Assembly (NCBI GenBank): GCA_977017575.1
Contig: CDRNVI010000030.1
Location: 682,001 to 746,000 of the forward strand
Length of the DNA stretch: 64,000 nucleotides
Direction of reading: 5' to 3'
DNA from: Paramoeba atlantica
Taxonomy: Eukaryota; Protista; Discosea
In this document: positions 62,194 through 64,000 of the stretch, piece after piece
How positions within the stretch are numbered: position 1 is the first letter of the stretch
Layout: each line of letters begins with the position of its first letter
Translations under genes and position numbers: made by a program
Notes under the pieces: generated by a model
Databases searched by the model: none
What the model was told of the DNA's origin: nothing
Seen by the model: only the letters and a program-made list of their open reading frames with translations

Positions 62194-63981
62194 TTATTTG
62201 CATAATATGCTTAAGTCGAAAAATGCTTGCGACGCCAAAAGAATGGCAACGTTAATTTGTGCTTTGAAATCCTCCATCGAAACATTCCGAGATTTGTGTG
62301 CGGTCGTGTACCTCCTGTTCAGACGTACTAAATTGGTGGTAGATAAAGGCAATGTAGAACAATCTTCTTTTTCAGAAAGTACCCGTAATCCAGAAAGGGT
62401 TCGTGATTGAGCTGCATCAGGAGAATCGCCATCAGTTGCGGGTGAAATTGGTGCGGATAAGAACGAAGAAGTACATACGTTTTTAAAATGTGGTGCATCG
62501 AGTTCTTTGTGAATTGAGGTTTCATGATCAACGCTCATGGCTTCAAAGCAAGACAATTGCGACGAAAACAATTCGTGAACGAAAGAATCTATTTCATCAT
62601 GTGCGACGCAATAAATTACCGAAGCAAGTGAAATTGCCCCTGCAAAAAATTGGACAAAACCTGTCCCGGTGTACATTAAAAAATCAGTTATCGAACTTTT
62701 TGAATTCCTATGTCTGTTTGCCAAAAATAGATGGTTGGATACGGACGCACTTCTCATGTCGCCATCAGAAAAAATATTCATTCTTTGATCACCGACTCCG
62801 TGTTTTTGAAAAAGAAAAGACGCGTCTATCAATTCTCCTTGGCAAGCAGAAGCGCATGAGTTCATACTTCCATCACTTCTGTGCGTTAGCATAGTAATAA
62901 AGACACGCTCTACAAAACCTGTACCATACGCGAAATTACGCTTCAAAGCCTTTTCATGAAGGTGAGAAATAACTTCATCGTTCGGGGCACGCCTTTCCCC
63001 ATTATGAATCAGAGAATCCGAAACTGAAGGAGGTAAACTTCTGCTAGGTCGAAAAACGTTAAGTAAGTGTCGAAACAAATCCCAAAGAAGAGATCCGCTC
63101 GGCCGCAAAGGCTGAAATAAAAACGTTCGTTGCAGAATTCGAAAGTTGGATTGATGGAGAACGTGTCTTTCCCAAATGCTAATTGCATGTCTCGAAAGTT
63201 TCAGACGTTGTGCTGTGGGAGTAGAGCATACAGTATCCATAGAGGGGATGCGATGGGTAACACGAAAAATAACTAGCATGCACGCAATGCACTGATACAG
63301 AAGTGAACGAAATAAAAAGTCCTTGCCGCGAATTAAACGAGCAAGTGAATAAAACCACCGAACAAAAACAAGACGTTTGTCGGGGTCTTGCACAGCTGTT
63401 CGGCTTTCTTTTTTTGATGCATTGTCCTGCGAAGGTGCTATCTGTGGATCATTGTATACTTTGATCCCACGTATCTCGCTGCTACTGGGCGTGACGAATT
63501 TTTGTTGTTTACAAGAGGGCTCATCTTGTGCGTCATGAACCGGTTGCACAGATCTATTGTAGGTATTTTTGTGGTTTCTACTTTTTTCAGACTGCCATTG
63601 CTCCAATGTGGGACTAAACACTCGGAAAAAAGAATCACACCAAAATTGAAAGCAAAATAGTAAACACCCCGTGTTGGATGGAAGCTTGCACTCCTCAGAT
63701 ATACAGAAGCAAGTGGTGACCATTTCGGGAAAAGATTCACACAGTAGAATCAGTGCCTCATAGGCAGTTATACAATAAATTTCGTGCATATGGGTTTGAA
63801 CAAAATCCCAATCAAAAGCATTCCACTTCAAATTTACTTGCTGTTTTGACTCAAAGCAAATTTCAGAATCCTTAATTCCGTGGAAAAAAAGTTTCGCAAG
63901 AATGGAAAGAGAAGACTCTCCAAGCATTAACGTGTAATTGTATAATGTAAAATCTGAGTATGATATCCATGAAAAGAGCAC
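62194..63981 (-). CDS. Hypothetical protein (up to 595 aa; start uncertain near the window edge)
   Basis: Long ORF on the cluster strand; no recognised motif. Confidence 0.6.
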   Translation of the reverse strand: MLFSWISYSDFTLYNYTLMLGESSLSILAKLFFHGIKDSEICFESKQQVNLKWNAFDWDFVQTHMHEIYCITAYEALILLCESFPEMVTTCFCISEECKLPSNTGCLLFCFQFWCDSFFRVFSPTLEQWQSEKSRNHKNTYNRSVQPVHDAQDEPSCKQQKFVTPSSSEIRGIKVYNDPQIAPSQDNASKKESRTAVQDPDKRLVFVRWFYSLARLIRGKDFLFRSLLYQCIACMLVIFRVTHRIPSMDTVCSTPTAQRLKLSRHAISIWERHVLHQSNFRILQRTFLFQPLRPSGSLLWDLFRHLLNVFRPSRSLPPSVSDSLIHNGERRAPNDEVISHLHEKALKRNFAYGTGFVERVFITMLTHRSDGSMNSCASACQGELIDASFLFQKHGVGDQRMNIFSDGDMRSASVSNHLFLANRHRNSKSSITDFLMYTGTGFVQFFAGAISLASVIYCVAHDEIDSFVHELFSSQLSCFEAMSVDHETSIHKELDAPHFKNVCTSSFLSAPISPATDGDSPDAAQSRTLSGLRVLSEKEDCSTLPLSTTNLVRLNRRYTTAHKSRNVSMEDFKAQINVAILLASQAFFDLSILCK

Positions 63982-64000
63982 GATACTTTAAAAAGTATGT

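Noticed and set aside
6174-62894. Numerous 60-200 aa plus-strand and alternate-frame ORFs overlapping the long genes
   Set aside because: Shadow ORFs produced by stop-poor G- or C-rich blocks; no recognisable domains.

Overview
Eukaryotic nuclear DNA. About 26 intronless genes from 5.6 to 64 kb all lie on the minus strand, like a kinetoplastid directional gene cluster. A KREPB-like RNA-editing protein and a PSP1-C protein also point to a kinetoplastid. The compact, divergent proteins suggest a Perkinsela-like lineage, but this is inference. Recognisable genes: MSH6, a Nup155-like nucleoporin, UTP3/SAS10, Sec10-like and COG3-like tethers, a multi-bromodomain protein, a LETM1-like protein, ADAT3, an importin-alpha-like protein, RPB12, a SAS-4/CPAP-like protein and seven members of a 23-aa LRR family, most with an NLS-like N-terminus. 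Transposon islands sit at 0-5.6, 39-47 and 48-55 kb. They hold a Tc1-like DD35E family (one open-frame copy with nested insertions, two decayed copies), many TA-flanked MITE families, and a PIF/Harbinger/IS5-like element with a 4-bp TSD inserted in a decayed Helitron-like Rep-helicase gene. The most unusual items are (1) a 419-bp tRNA-headed, highly structured SINE-like insertion with a 13-bp TSD at 20626-21044 and (2) recurrent C-rich to G-rich skew inversions inside at least seven genes. All calls come from reading motifs by eye; no searches were run.
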